Assembly (NCBI GenBank): GCA_039819285.1
Contig: JBCBSH010000001.1
Location: 402 to 64,401, forward strand
Source: Pseudomonadota bacterium
GTDB taxonomy: Bacteria > Pseudomonadota > Alphaproteobacteria > DSM-16000 > Inquilinaceae
Direction: 5' to 3'
DNA length: 64,000 nt
Below are positions 46,327 to 56,145 of this stretch, piece by piece. The translations under genes and the position numbers were made by a program. A model generated the notes under the pieces. It saw nothing but the letters and a program-made list of their open reading frames with translations. It did no database searches and had not been told where the DNA came from. Numbering within the stretch: the first letter of the stretch is position 1; the number at the start of each line of letters is the position of its first letter.

Positions 46327-47850
46327 GTGGCCATGCTAGGCAGTAAGGAAACCGTACGCCCCCAACGCTTCGCTCTTGAGGCGATCGATCTGGACGAGAC
46401 CGCTGGCGAGCCCCTCTACCGGCAGCTCGAGGCCGGTATTCGCGAGGCGATCCAGGCTGGCCGGCTGCGTCCGGGGGAGCGGTTGCCGTCCACGCGGCAA
46501 CTCGCCCGCGACCTCGGCGTGGCCCGCAACACCGTCGTCAACGCCTACGGACAGCTCATCATCGAAGGTTATCTCGCGCCGACAGCCGGGTCGGGCACGC
46601 GCGTCGCGACGCCGGTGCCCGATGGCTTGCTTCAGGCGGCGGACGCGGGGCGGGCGGTAGGTAAAGTTGTCAAGCCGCCGACCCTGTCCGCGGCGGCGGA
46701 CAGAGTGTTTTCCATCAATGCCGTGATCGCCGACGAGGTCGATCGGCCGTTGCGTCCGTTTCGGGCCCACACGCCGGCCAGCGACGCGTTTCCTCGTCGA
46801 CTGTGGGCCCAGCTCGTTGCTCGGCGTCTGCGCACGCTGTCGCGCAGCTGGATGGATCGGGCCGATCCAAGAGGTTATCGGCCGCTACGCGAGGCAATTG
46901 CGGGCTATCTTGGCTCGTCGCGCGGGGTAACCTGCGATGCCGACCAGGTAATGGTCACAGCCGGTGCACAGCAGGCGATCAATCTGATCGCCCAATTGCT
47001 GATCGATCCCGGCGACACCGTCTGTATTGAGGACCCGGGCTATGTGCCGGCGGCCACGGTGTTCGAACTCGCCGGTGCCAGGATCGTCCCGATCCCGGTC
47101 GACGATGAGGGCATCGACGTCGACGCGTTGAAGGTGCGCGCGCCGAGGGCAAAACTGGTCTTCGTCACGCCCGCGAGCCAGTTTCCATTATGCAAGACCA
47201 TGTCGCTGGCCCGCCGTCTGGCACTGCTCGATTGGGCGGACCGGGCCGGTGCGACCATTTTGGAGGATGATTGCAGCGGCGAGTACCGCTATGCCGGGCG
47301 CCCGTTGCAGGCGCTCCACGGGCTGGCGCCGGACGGCCGGGTGCTCTATGTCGGCACATTCAGCAAGCTGCTATTTCCGACCTTGAGACTTGGCTATGTG
47401 GTCGTGCCTGACAGCATGGTCGACCATGTCGCGACCGCACGGTGGCTGGTTGACCAGCACTCACCGCCATTGGAGCAGGCGGTCGTCGCTGATTTCATCG
47501 ATGAGGGCCATTTCGCCCGCCATGTCCGCCGCATGCGCGCGCTCTATGCCGAACGCCAGGCGGCACTGGTGGCGGCCGCCGCTGATGAGTTTGGCGCGTT
47601 TCTGCACGTGCCGGCACTCGACACCGGTCTGCACCTGGTCGGCTGGCCGTCATCGGGGGCGTCGGAGCGCGGCCTCGTCGCGGCTGCCGCGTCGGCCGGG
47701 CTGGAACAGATGCCGTTGTCCTGGTTCGGCCTCGAACAACCGAAGAAGACAGGCCTGATCCTGGGCTACGCGCCCTTCGCCGAAAGCGAGCTTCGCCGTG
47801 CGGCCACCAGGTTCCGCGAGGCCGTCGAGCGACAGCCTCTGGACCGTTGA
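46327..47850 (+). CDS. MocR/PdxR-type regulator (GntR wHTH fused to a PLP aminotransferase-like domain)
   Basis: It contains PLYRQLEAGIREAIQAGRLRPGERLPSTRQLARDLGVARNTV followed by a class-I aminotransferase fold (YVGTFSKLL). Confidence 0.85.
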   Translation: MAMLGSKETVRPQRFALEAIDLDETAGEPLYRQLEAGIREAIQAGRLRPGERLPSTRQLARDLGVARNTVVNAYGQLIIEGYLAPTAGSGTRVATPVPDGLLQAADAGRAVGKVVKPPTLSAAADRVFSINAVIADEVDRPLRPFRAHTPASDAFPRRLWAQLVARRLRTLSRSWMDRADPRGYRPLREAIAGYLGSSRGVTCDADQVMVTAGAQQAINLIAQLLIDPGDTVCIEDPGYVPAATVFELAGARIVPIPVDDEGIDVDALKVRAPRAKLVFVTPASQFPLCKTMSLARRLALLDWADRAGATILEDDCSGEYRYAGRPLQALHGLAPDGRVLYVGTFSKLLFPTLRLGYVVVPDSMVDHVATARWLVDQHSPPLEQAVVADFIDEGHFARHVRRMRALYAERQAALVAAAADEFGAFLHVPALDTGLHLVGWPSSGASERGLVAAAASAGLEQMPLSWFGLEQPKKTGLILGYAPFAESELRRAATRFREAVERQPLDR

Positions 47851-47894
47851 GATGCGGATTCGCCCCAACGGCCAGAGGCAAGCCGAAACACCTG

Positions 47895-48401
47895 TCAGTC
47901 GGCGTCGGCCTGTAGCTCCGCCAGCAGTTCCTCCAGCAGCGCCATGCCAGCACCCCAACCCTTGTCCAGGCCTTCCAACGCGCCGGCGAAGCAGACGAGT
48001 TCCGCCTCGCTGGCCTTATGGGGCACCCAGGTCAGGCGCATGGTGGTCTGGCCGCTGTCGTCTTCTTCGAGCGTGACCGTCGTCAGCAGCACCCGCGGCC
48101 AGTCGGCCATCATCGGGTTGGCGGCGATGTTCCAGTCCGCATCCGCGACCGAGTGCAGCCAGACCAGACGGGCAGGGGGCTCAACCTCGGTATACTCGAC
48201 GCGCTCATAGTTGGAATTGCCGCCCCATTTCATCTCGTTCAGCCACAGGCCGCCGGGCTTGACGTCAAGCCGGTGAACGATGGTTTCCACATTGGGGCCG
48301 TACCAGCGCGACAGCAGTTTTGGCTCGGTGAAGGTTCTCCACACCAGCGCGCGCGGCGCGTCGAACACCCGCTCCAGCACGTAAGTCGGCAATTCAGTCA
48401 T
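47895..48401 (-). CDS. SRPBCC (AHSA1/START-like) family protein
   Basis: It contains VLERVFDAPRALVWRTFTEPKLLSRWYGP. It overlaps the upstream ArsR gene by 8 nt. Confidence 0.8.
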   Translation of the reverse strand: MTELPTYVLERVFDAPRALVWRTFTEPKLLSRWYGPNVETIVHRLDVKPGGLWLNEMKWGGNSNYERVEYTEVEPPARLVWLHSVADADWNIAANPMMADWPRVLLTTVTLEEDDSGQTTMRLTWVPHKASEAELVCFAGALEGLDKGWGAGMALLEELLAELQADAD

Positions 48402-48765
48402 CGTCGGCCCCTCTCTTTTCAGCCTGTTTCAGCTCATGCAAAAGACCGTCGAGTTGATCCAGGCTCGACGACCAAAACTCCTTGAATTCCTCAAGCCAAC
48501 TGACCGCCGCCGCCATTGGCTCGGCCTTTAGCCGCGCTGGTCTGCGCTGTTTATCGATGTCCCGTTCGATCAGGCCGGCCCGTTCCAGCACCTTCAGATG
48601 CTTCGACACCGCCGGCTGGCTCATCTCAAACGGTGCGGCGAGTTCGTTTACGGAGGCCTCGCCGGCCGCCAGACGCGACAGGATCGCCCGCCGCGTCGGA
48701 TCGGCCAACGCGGCAAAGACCGCGTCGAGGGCCTGAGGGTCTGGTTGATAACTACGAAGTTCCAT
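48394..48765 (-). CDS. ArsR/SmtB family transcriptional regulator
   Basis: It contains FAALADPTRRAILSRLAAGEASVNELAAPFEMSQPAVSKHLKVLERAGLI. The ATG at 48765 is preferred, but the ORF is open to 48801. Confidence 0.85.
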   Translation of the reverse strand: MELRSYQPDPQALDAVFAALADPTRRAILSRLAAGEASVNELAAPFEMSQPAVSKHLKVLERAGLIERDIDKQRRPARLKAEPMAAAVSWLEEFKEFWSSSLDQLDGLLHELKQAEKRGADDD

Positions 48766-48783
48766 AACCGTATAGTTATGGAA
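48760..48783. promoter_or_regulatory. Perfect palindrome TTCCATAAC-N6-GTTATGGAA (candidate ArsR operator)
   Basis: The 9-bp arms are exact. The left arm contains the ArsR start codon (CAT at 48763-48765 on the plus strand). Confidence 0.45.
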
Positions 48784-48913
48784 TTGTGACGAGAAGGTCA
48801 ACCCCGTGACTGCCGGGCGCGATACATATTGGAGACCGTTTGCAGCGATTGGACCCCACCGGCCCTGGCCGGTCGCACTGCAGGCTCTGCAAGGATATGG
48901 GCGGCAAAGGTCC

Positions 48914-49237
48914 TCAGGGCATCGTGTCGCTCCCTTTTTCGCTGGCCAGGCGGCGGCTTTCTTTCTTGAGAGCTCGGCTTGGCGGGCAGACTTCTCTCAG
49001 GAATCCGCCGAGTGCAGACGACAGCGTGTCGCTGCGAAGGCCGTAGCGTATGAACTGACCCTCTCGCCTCCGCCAGACCAGCCCGGCATTCTCCAGAATT
49101 GTCAAATGCTTGGAGATTGAGGGTTGCGACATATCGAATCGGCTGGCGATCTCGCCCGCCGTTAGGTCGACATCAGACAGGTAGGCCAGGATACGCCTGC
49201 GTATCGTCGACGACAGAGCTTCGAAGACCCGTTCCAT
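48914..49237 (-). CDS. ArsR family transcriptional regulator (second copy)
   Basis: It contains FEALSSTIRRRILAYLSDVDLTAGEIASRFDMSQPSISKHLTILENAGLV. The internal ATG at 49237 is chosen as the start. Confidence 0.8.
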   Translation of the reverse strand: MERVFEALSSTIRRRILAYLSDVDLTAGEIASRFDMSQPSISKHLTILENAGLVWRRREGQFIRYGLRSDTLSSALGGFLREVCPPSRALKKESRRLASEKGSDTMP

Positions 49238-49351
49238 CGGCTCTTGATCCTCATAGATATATAGTTTATTAGTTAAATAACTCTTGCTCTCTTTCTTAGC
49301 TGATTTAAGGCGCGAAGGAAAGCGTCTCGCAATCTCAAAGGGGAGGCCGCG

Positions 49352-50314
49352 ATGCAAAAGCATGTCGTCATCGGAGGTGGATCAGGTTTCATTGGATCGG
49401 CACTCGCCAACTCATTGAGAGCCAGAGGGGATCGCGTCACGGTGATATCGCGCACGGCCGGGGTTGGTCGCATTACCTGGCAAGACTTGCGGCAAAACGG
49501 TCTTCCCAGATGTGACGCCGTTATCAATTTCGCCGGCCAGCACATCCTTAAGCCGACGCGTCGCTGGACCGACCGTTACAGAGATGAGGTCATTCGCTCG
49601 CGGGTTGAAACCACAAGACTTTTGGTCGATGCCATCAACGCGGCTGCACATCCGCCCGCGGTTTTTGCTTCCACAGCCGGAAAATGCTTCTACGGCTCGC
49701 GCGATGACATAACCGACGACGACTACCCTGAGCTTGATGAGGACAGTCAGCCGATGGGTATGGACTTCCCCGCCGAGCTCGTTGCCTTGTGGGAGCGGGC
49801 GGCTGATCATTTGGACAACGAGCGTGTGCGTCATGTTCGGCTCAGGATCGGCATCGTCCTGGGGGCGGTTGAGCGAAAGTCAATGATCGGGCGGTTGTGG
49901 CAGGTGGGGAGAACTCGTGGGTTGCTGCCCTTGATACGTTTGCCGTTCTGTCTCGGAGTGGGAGCGATCTTGGGAACGGGCCGCCAGCCTTTCCCTTGGG
50001 TTCACATAGACGACATGGTGGGCATCGTATTGCATGTGATCGATAGGCGGGACGCGGTCGGCCGATACAACTGCGTGGCTCCTGGGATCGTGTCTAACGA
50101 GGAATTCACGCGTGCCTTTGCAAGCCGCCTACACCGACCGGTCACGTGGGCCGCCCCGTCCGCGTTGGTGACTGCGCTGGTCGGAAAGGAACGGGCCTCG
50201 ATCCTGCTAAAGGGGCAACGCGTTCGCCCCAAGCGCACCTTGGAATTGGGTTATGTCTTTCGATATCCGAAGATCGATGATGCGCTGGATGATCTTATCC
50301 GCTTTGCAATCTGA
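49352..50314 (+). CDS. TIGR01777/SDR39U1-type NAD-dependent epimerase-like oxidoreductase (with DUF1731 C-terminus)
   Basis: It has the Rossmann motif VIGGGSGFIGSAL and the C-terminal block LKGQRVRPKRTLELGYVFRYP. Confidence 0.8.
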   Translation: MQKHVVIGGGSGFIGSALANSLRARGDRVTVISRTAGVGRITWQDLRQNGLPRCDAVINFAGQHILKPTRRWTDRYRDEVIRSRVETTRLLVDAINAAAHPPAVFASTAGKCFYGSRDDITDDDYPELDEDSQPMGMDFPAELVALWERAADHLDNERVRHVRLRIGIVLGAVERKSMIGRLWQVGRTRGLLPLIRLPFCLGVGAILGTGRQPFPWVHIDDMVGIVLHVIDRRDAVGRYNCVAPGIVSNEEFTRAFASRLHRPVTWAAPSALVTALVGKERASILLKGQRVRPKRTLELGYVFRYPKIDDALDDLIRFAI

Positions 50315-50319
50315 CACGC

Positions 50320-52086
50320 TTAGAACTGCTCCACCTTCAGCGCCATAACGCTTTCGGCACCTTCGATGATTGCCGGCAGCAGGGACACCGTCTGAGGCAT
50401 CACCTGATCGGCAAAGAACAGGGCGGTGGCTCGCTTGGCCTCGGCAAAGTCCGGATTGGCGCCGTTGGACGTTGCGGCGGCGGCGCGGGCCATCAACCAG
50501 CCGCCGACGGTGATGGCGAACAGCTTCAGGTATGGGGCAGATACCGAAGCCGCGATTATCGGATTGTCTTTGCCCGTCCGGAGCAGCCAATCGGTCGCTG
50601 CGTGCAGATCGTCAAGGCTGGCCCGCAGGCGATCGGTGATGCGATTAATGGTTGACAGGCCATCCAGCGGGGCCGCCATTTCGGCGATCAGCGCCTTGGC
50701 CGCAGCCCCGTCGTCGCGCAGGACCTTGCGAAACACCAGATCGTTGGCCTGGATGCCGTTGGTGCCTTCATAGATCGGCGTGATGCGGGCGTCGCGATAG
50801 TGCTGGGCGGCGCCGGTTTCCTCGATGAAGCCCATGCCGCCATGCACCTGAATGCCCAGCGAGGCGACTTCCACGCCCATATCGGTGCACCAGGCCTTGA
50901 CCATCGGCGTCAGCAGATCGACCAGCGCGCCGGCCCGTTGCCGTTCGGCCTGGTCCGGGTGGCGCTTTGACCGGTCGAGCGCGCCGACGGCGTAGTAGGT
51001 CAGCGCGCGCCCGGCCTCGACCTGGGACCGCATGGCCATTAGCATACGCCGCACGTCGGGATGGTGGATGATCGCAACCGCCCCGTCGCCGGGTCTCGTC
51101 ACCGCGCGGGACTGCACGCGTGCCACGGCGTAGTCGCGGGCCTGCTGATACGCCCGCTCACCGATCGCGACCCCCTGCAGGCCGACGGCCAGGCGCGCGT
51201 TGTTCATCATCGTGAACATGCAGGCCATGCCGCGATTTTCCTCGCCGACCAGCCAGCCCTGCGCGCCCTCGTTGTCGCCATAGGCCATCACCGCTGTGGG
51301 GCTGGCATGGATGCCCAGCTTGTGTTCCAGGCTGACGCAGCGCAGGTCGTTGCGCTGTCCTGGTGCGCCGTGGGCGTCCGGAATGAATTTGGGCACCACG
51401 AACAGGCTGATGCCCTTGGTGCCGTCCGGCGCGCCGGGCAGGCGGGCCAACACCAGATGAATGATGTTGTCGGCCAGATCGTGCTCGCCATAGGTGATGT
51501 AGATCTTCTGGCCGGTGATGCGGTAGCTGCCGTCGCCATTCGGCACGGCCTTGGCGCGGATTGCGCCGACGTCCGAACCGGCCTGCGGCTCGGTCAGGTT
51601 CATCGTGCCGGTCCATTCGCCGGAGATCAGCTTGTGCAGATACAGCGCCTTCTGTTCCTCGGTGCCGTGGGCCTCGATGGCCTCCACCGCCGCGACGTTC
51701 AGCGTAGGACACAAGCCGAACGACATGTTGGCGGCATGGATCTGCTCCATCACCGCCATGGCCACCGACCAGGGCAGCCCCTGGCCGCCATGATCGGGCG
51801 AAAACGGCATCGAATTCCAGCCATCATCCCGGTAGCGGGCGTAGGCCTCGCGGAAACCATCGGGCGTCCGTACGGCGCCGTTTTCAAGGATCGACGGGTG
51901 TTGGTCGCCGACTTGGTTGAGCGGCGCGATGACCTTGCCGGTCAGCTTGGCCGCCTCCTCAAGCACCGCGTCGACCAGTTCTGGCGAAGCGTCCTCAAAG
52001 CCAGGCAGCGTTGCCAGATCTGCGAGACCGGCGAATTCGGCGAGGGCGAACCGCATGTCCTGAAGCGGGGCGGTATATGCGCTCAT
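50320..52086 (-). CDS. Long-type acyl-CoA dehydrogenase
   Basis: The 588-aa protein contains LTEPQAGSD, IYITYGEHD and IYEGTNGIQ, plus an extra C-terminal helical domain. Confidence 0.88.
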   Translation of the reverse strand: MSAYTAPLQDMRFALAEFAGLADLATLPGFEDASPELVDAVLEEAAKLTGKVIAPLNQVGDQHPSILENGAVRTPDGFREAYARYRDDGWNSMPFSPDHGGQGLPWSVAMAVMEQIHAANMSFGLCPTLNVAAVEAIEAHGTEEQKALYLHKLISGEWTGTMNLTEPQAGSDVGAIRAKAVPNGDGSYRITGQKIYITYGEHDLADNIIHLVLARLPGAPDGTKGISLFVVPKFIPDAHGAPGQRNDLRCVSLEHKLGIHASPTAVMAYGDNEGAQGWLVGEENRGMACMFTMMNNARLAVGLQGVAIGERAYQQARDYAVARVQSRAVTRPGDGAVAIIHHPDVRRMLMAMRSQVEAGRALTYYAVGALDRSKRHPDQAERQRAGALVDLLTPMVKAWCTDMGVEVASLGIQVHGGMGFIEETGAAQHYRDARITPIYEGTNGIQANDLVFRKVLRDDGAAAKALIAEMAAPLDGLSTINRITDRLRASLDDLHAATDWLLRTGKDNPIIAASVSAPYLKLFAITVGGWLMARAAAATSNGANPDFAEAKRATALFFADQVMPQTVSLLPAIIEGAESVMALKVEQF

Positions 52087-52119
52087 TCGGTCATCCTTGG
52101 TAACGGCGGTGCTGCCGGT

Positions 52120-53118
52120 TTACGACGCGGCTGCGGCAGAGGTAAGGGGTCTGGGCGCTGCGGCCCGCGTGAGGCGGTCGTTGATCGCTGCGCCCAGCCC
52201 CTGGTCCGGGATGGGTGCGACCGCAATGCCAGCGATGCCAGGCTGATCGAGCGCGCGCAGCATGGCGAACAGGTTCGCGGCCGCTTCGTGCAGGTCGCCT
52301 TCGGTGCTCAGGTTTGCAATGCGGTCGCCCTTGCGTAGGTCTGGCCCGAAGGCCAGGTAGGCCTCACCGGGGCGCGGCTGGCTCGCATTCAGCCGCAAGG
52401 GCGCGCTGGGGGCGTAGTGGCTGGCAAGCTGGCCGGGCGATTTCGGCTGGTCGGTCTCGTCGCCGCTGGCGAGGGGGCCGATCAGGGCCTCCAGATCCTC
52501 CGCCGTAACCGACCCGGGTCGCAACAGTCGGGCAACGGGACCCGTCAGGTCGATGACCGTGCTCTCAAGACCGACAGCGCAACGGCCGCCGGCCAGGATC
52601 AGCGGAATGCGTCCGCCCAAGCTGTCGAGCACGTGTTGTGCCGTCGTCGGGCTGACCTGGCCGGACAGGTTGGCGCTTGGCGCCGCGATGGGCCTGCCGG
52701 ATTCCGCCAGTAGGGATCTTGCCACTGGCCGCGCCGGAACGCGCATGGCAATGCTGTCCAAGCCAGCGCTGACCAGAAGCGAGGCCGGACTGTCTGGCCG
52801 TCGCGGCAAGACCAGGGTCAGCGGACCCGGCCAGAAGGTCGCCGCCAAGCGTCGCGCACGATCGTCAAACGCCGCCAGCGTTTCCGCGATCTGCGGGCTT
52901 GCGACATGGACGATCAAGGGATTGAAGCGGGGCCGCTGCTTGGCGGCAAAGATCGCGGCTACCGCCCGGTCGTCCGTGGCGTCGGCGCCCAAACCGTAGA
53001 CCGTCTCCGTGGGAAAGGCGACCAGCTCGCCGGCGCGCAACAGGCGCGCGGCCTCGGCAACCCCAGTGGGGCTGGCCGCGATCAGCCGCGTCTCCATGAG
53101 GCTCGAACCATCAGACAT
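52120..53118 (-). CDS. L-threonylcarbamoyladenylate synthase (Sua5/YwlC type, two-domain)
   Basis: It contains AFPTETVYGLGADAT, RPRFNPLIVHV and SANLSGQ. The start is uncertain (ATG at 53127, 53118 or 53097). Confidence 0.85.
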   Translation of the reverse strand: MSDGSSLMETRLIAASPTGVAEAARLLRAGELVAFPTETVYGLGADATDDRAVAAIFAAKQRPRFNPLIVHVASPQIAETLAAFDDRARRLAATFWPGPLTLVLPRRPDSPASLLVSAGLDSIAMRVPARPVARSLLAESGRPIAAPSANLSGQVSPTTAQHVLDSLGGRIPLILAGGRCAVGLESTVIDLTGPVARLLRPGSVTAEDLEALIGPLASGDETDQPKSPGQLASHYAPSAPLRLNASQPRPGEAYLAFGPDLRKGDRIANLSTEGDLHEAAANLFAMLRALDQPGIAGIAVAPIPDQGLGAAINDRLTRAAAPRPLTSAAAAS

Positions 53119-53266
53119 GGTCGCCATATAGCGCGCCGGCGCGGTTTTGACCAACCCCGGCTGTCGATGAAGCAGGCGCGGCCAGGGTTGGCTGCTGCGG
53201 TGCAACATTGACTTGCGTTTGTCTTGTTGCGGTGCAGTATGAACCTTTCGGGTGCGGAGAGCGGCC

Positions 53267-53893
53267 ATGGCAGGATCGGTTATCACGATCGCTCAGCAGA
53301 AGGGCGGGGCGGGCAAGACCACTTTGGCGGCCCATTTAGCGGTGGCGATGGCTCAATCCGGCCGGTCCGTCGCGATCATGGACATCGATCCGCAAGGCAG
53401 CCTGACGGCCTGGTCCCAGGCGCGGGGCGAGGCGGAGCCGGCGATTGCTGGCCATCAGGTCACCGGTTGGCGCGCCGCCGGAGCCGTCGAACGGCTGGCG
53501 CGGGACTTCGATGTCGTGATCGTCGACAGCCCGCCGCACGCCGAAACGGAGGCTCGGATCGCCGTGCGCGCGGCCGATCTTGTCCTGGTGCCGGTACAGC
53601 CTAGCCCGATGGACTTTTGGGCCACAAAACCGACCATTGCCTTGGCGGCGGCGGAGAAGACGGCGGTTCTGGTCGTCCTGAACCGCGTGCCCGCCCGTGC
53701 CAGGCTCGCGGATGAGATTACCGATCAGATGGATGAACTGGGCACCGATCTGGCCGTCGCGCGGATTGGCAACCGGATCGCTCTGGCGGCGGCCTTGATG
53801 AAGGGGCGCGGTGTCACCGAAACCCATCGACGCTCCATGGCGGCCGAAGAAATCGACGCCCTGGCTAAAGAGATCCTGACCCGGCTTCGTTAG
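53267..53893 (+). CDS. Small ParA/MinD-like ATPase (orphan, no ParB nearby)
   Basis: It has the deviant Walker A AQQKGGAGKTT, DIDPQGS and VIVDSPP. It is about 209 aa long. Confidence 0.8.
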   Translation: MAGSVITIAQQKGGAGKTTLAAHLAVAMAQSGRSVAIMDIDPQGSLTAWSQARGEAEPAIAGHQVTGWRAAGAVERLARDFDVVIVDSPPHAETEARIAVRAADLVLVPVQPSPMDFWATKPTIALAAAEKTAVLVVLNRVPARARLADEITDQMDELGTDLAVARIGNRIALAAALMKGRGVTETHRRSMAAEEIDALAKEILTRLR

Positions 53894-55325
53894 CGGGCTT
53901 GTCTGCAGCAGCCGTCGGTTCGGGCAAGATCAGCGTCAGCAGGATAGCCGTCAGGCCCGACAGCGCTATGGGTGACCCGGTGACCGAACGCACGATTGCC
54001 GGCAATTCCTGAAAGGCATCGGGCACCAGTGCCGAGCCAAGCCCTAGACCCAACGAAACCGCTGCCACCAGCACGCGCTTTCGTGTGAAGGGCTCGGACG
54101 ACAAGAGGCGGATGCCAGCGACGGCGATCGAGCCAAAAAGCACGACCATGGCCCCCCCGATGACCGGTTGGGGGATCGCGACAAACAGGGCGCCAACGAA
54201 GGGAAACAGACCGAGCAGGACAAGGATCGGCGCAATGAACAACGCGATATGGCGGCTGGCGATGCCGGTCAGTTGAATAACACCGTTGTTCTGGCCGAAG
54301 GTCGTGCTGGGAAAGCTGTTGAAGATCGCGGCGATCGCTGAGTTGACGCCGTCGCCCAGAATGCCGCCCTGAATGCGCTTGAGGTAGGTCGGTCCTTCCA
54401 CCGGCTCGCCCGCGATGACGGACGTCGCAGTCAGGTCGCCGGCTGCCTCGATGGCGGTGATGAGATATAAAATCGCTATTGGAACAAAGAGTTCGATGCT
54501 AAAGTCAATTCCGTACTTTAACGGTGTTGGCATCGTGACGGCCGGTTGACTGGCGAGGCTGCTGAGATCCAAGAGCCCGGTCAGGGCCGCAATCGACGAG
54601 CCGATGAGAACGCCGATCAGAATGGCGGAGATCCTGATCAAGGGGCGGCGTTGGATGAAGGCGGCGATGATGATCGCCATGGTGACCCCGCCAATCGCCA
54701 GATTGCTCAGGCTGCCGAAGTCGGCCGCTCCGCTGCCGCCGGCGAGGCTGCTGAATCCGACTTCGATCAGGCTCAGGCCAATTACGGTCACGACGACGCC
54801 GGTGACCGTCCGCGTGATAATGCGCCGGATCAGCGGTACGATCTGGCTGAGCCCGATTTCGACCAGGCAGCCGACCAGGCATGTGCCGAAAATGGCCGCC
54901 AGCATGGCCTCGTCGCTGCTGCCTGCCGCGCGCATCGCCAGGCCGCCGCCAACAATGGTGGCCACGAAGGTGAAGCTCGTGCCCTGAAGGCAGAGCAGGC
55001 CGGACCCGACGGGGCCGATGCGGCGCGACTGAATAAAAGTGGCGACGCCGGAGACCATCAGCGCCATCGACACCAGATAGGCGCTTTCGGTGTCGTCGAG
55101 CTGCAGGCCGCGCGCGATCAGCAGCGGAACGATCGCGATTGCGAAAACACTGGCCATCAAGTGTTGTAGCGCCGCCAGCAGACTGCGCAGGGCATCTGGC
55201 CGATCGTTAAGCCGGTAAATCAGATCGCTGGCCGCGACCGAAAGGTTCGGTGGACCTTCGTTTGCGACGGGCGGACCTACTCGCTCTTCAGCGGTCGCCG
55301 GCGGCGTGTCGCGCCCAGTACTCAA
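53865..55325 (-). CDS. Nucleobase:cation symporter-2 (NCS2/NAT) family purine/uracil permease
   Basis: It has the NAT signature FGQNNGVIQLTGIASR and about 13 TM segments. The proposed TTG start at 55325 overlaps the cysQ stop (TTGA), because no ATG or GTG precedes TM1. Confidence 0.75.
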   Translation of the reverse strand: MSTGRDTPPATAEERVGPPVANEGPPNLSVAASDLIYRLNDRPDALRSLLAALQHLMASVFAIAIVPLLIARGLQLDDTESAYLVSMALMVSGVATFIQSRRIGPVGSGLLCLQGTSFTFVATIVGGGLAMRAAGSSDEAMLAAIFGTCLVGCLVEIGLSQIVPLIRRIITRTVTGVVVTVIGLSLIEVGFSSLAGGSGAADFGSLSNLAIGGVTMAIIIAAFIQRRPLIRISAILIGVLIGSSIAALTGLLDLSSLASQPAVTMPTPLKYGIDFSIELFVPIAILYLITAIEAAGDLTATSVIAGEPVEGPTYLKRIQGGILGDGVNSAIAAIFNSFPSTTFGQNNGVIQLTGIASRHIALFIAPILVLLGLFPFVGALFVAIPQPVIGGAMVVLFGSIAVAGIRLLSSEPFTRKRVLVAAVSLGLGLGSALVPDAFQELPAIVRSVTGSPIALSGLTAILLTLILPEPTAAADKPANEAGSGSL

Positions 55326-56122
55326 CGCGTTGGGCGAATGGAAGGACAGCGCCCATAGGCCACGAAATGGGGGTTGCGAAAGTCCTTCTTGGCGTATGCC
55401 ATCGGCGCGCCGTCTAGCGTCTCGACCCGCCCTCCGGCAGCGGCGAGGACCGCCTGGCCCGCGGCGATATCCCATTCCATGGTGGGCCCCAAGCGCGGGT
55501 AGATATCGGCTTCGCCGGAAGCGACCAGGCAAAGCTTCAGCGAACTGCCGATCTGTCTCTGATTGCTGACCTGGGCCGACTGCAAAAGCGCGTCCAGGGC
55601 CTGCTTGTCACCGTGGCTGCGGCTTGAGACAACCGTCAAGCCCGTCACCGGTGCTGGCCTGGCGATGATGGGTTCGTTCGTGCCGCCGGCCCAACGGCGA
55701 TAGGCGCCGACGCCGCACAGGCCGCCATAGACGATATCGAGCGCAGGCGCGACCACGACACCGAGGATGGGCTGGCCGTCGACGATCAAGGCGATGTTGA
55801 CCGTGAATTCGCCCTTGCCGTCCTTACGGACGAACTCCTTCGTGCCGTCCAGCGGGTCGACCAGCCAGAAGGGGCCGTCATCGGTTTCAGGCACGTGACC
55901 GGCCGAGGCTGCCTCCTCGGCCACCACGGGGGTCTCCGGCGTCAGGTCGGCCAGTCCCTTCAGAATGATCGCTTCGGCGGCCTGGTCCGCCTTCGTGACA
56001 GGGCTGCCGTCCGCCTTTGTGCCCGGCTGCACTTTGCCGTGATAGCGCAGCACTTCGTCGCCCGCTTGGCACGCTAGCTTGTCGACCCGGTCCAACAGGT
56101 CCGGTGTCGGTGGAACAGACAT
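55322..56122 (-). CDS. cysQ: 3'(2'),5'-bisphosphate nucleotidase / inositol monophosphatase family
   Basis: It contains WLVDPLDGTKEF and EWDIAAG. Confidence 0.8.
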   Translation of the reverse strand: MSVPPTPDLLDRVDKLACQAGDEVLRYHGKVQPGTKADGSPVTKADQAAEAIILKGLADLTPETPVVAEEAASAGHVPETDDGPFWLVDPLDGTKEFVRKDGKGEFTVNIALIVDGQPILGVVVAPALDIVYGGLCGVGAYRRWAGGTNEPIIARPAPVTGLTVVSSRSHGDKQALDALLQSAQVSNQRQIGSSLKLCLVASGEADIYPRLGPTMEWDIAAGQAVLAAAGGRVETLDGAPMAYAKKDFRNPHFVAYGRCPSIRPTR

Positions 56123-56145
56123 CGCTCGTCGCTCGTTTTCCCGGA

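Noticed and set aside
49255-49285. An AT-rich stretch, ATAGATATATAGTTTATTAGTTAAATAACTC, resembling the XerD arm of a dif site (TTATGTTAAAT).
   Set aside because: Only 8 of 11 positions match in one arm, and there is no CGCATAA XerC arm. It lies in a divergent ArsR/SDR promoter, so it is more likely an imperfect operator or promoter.
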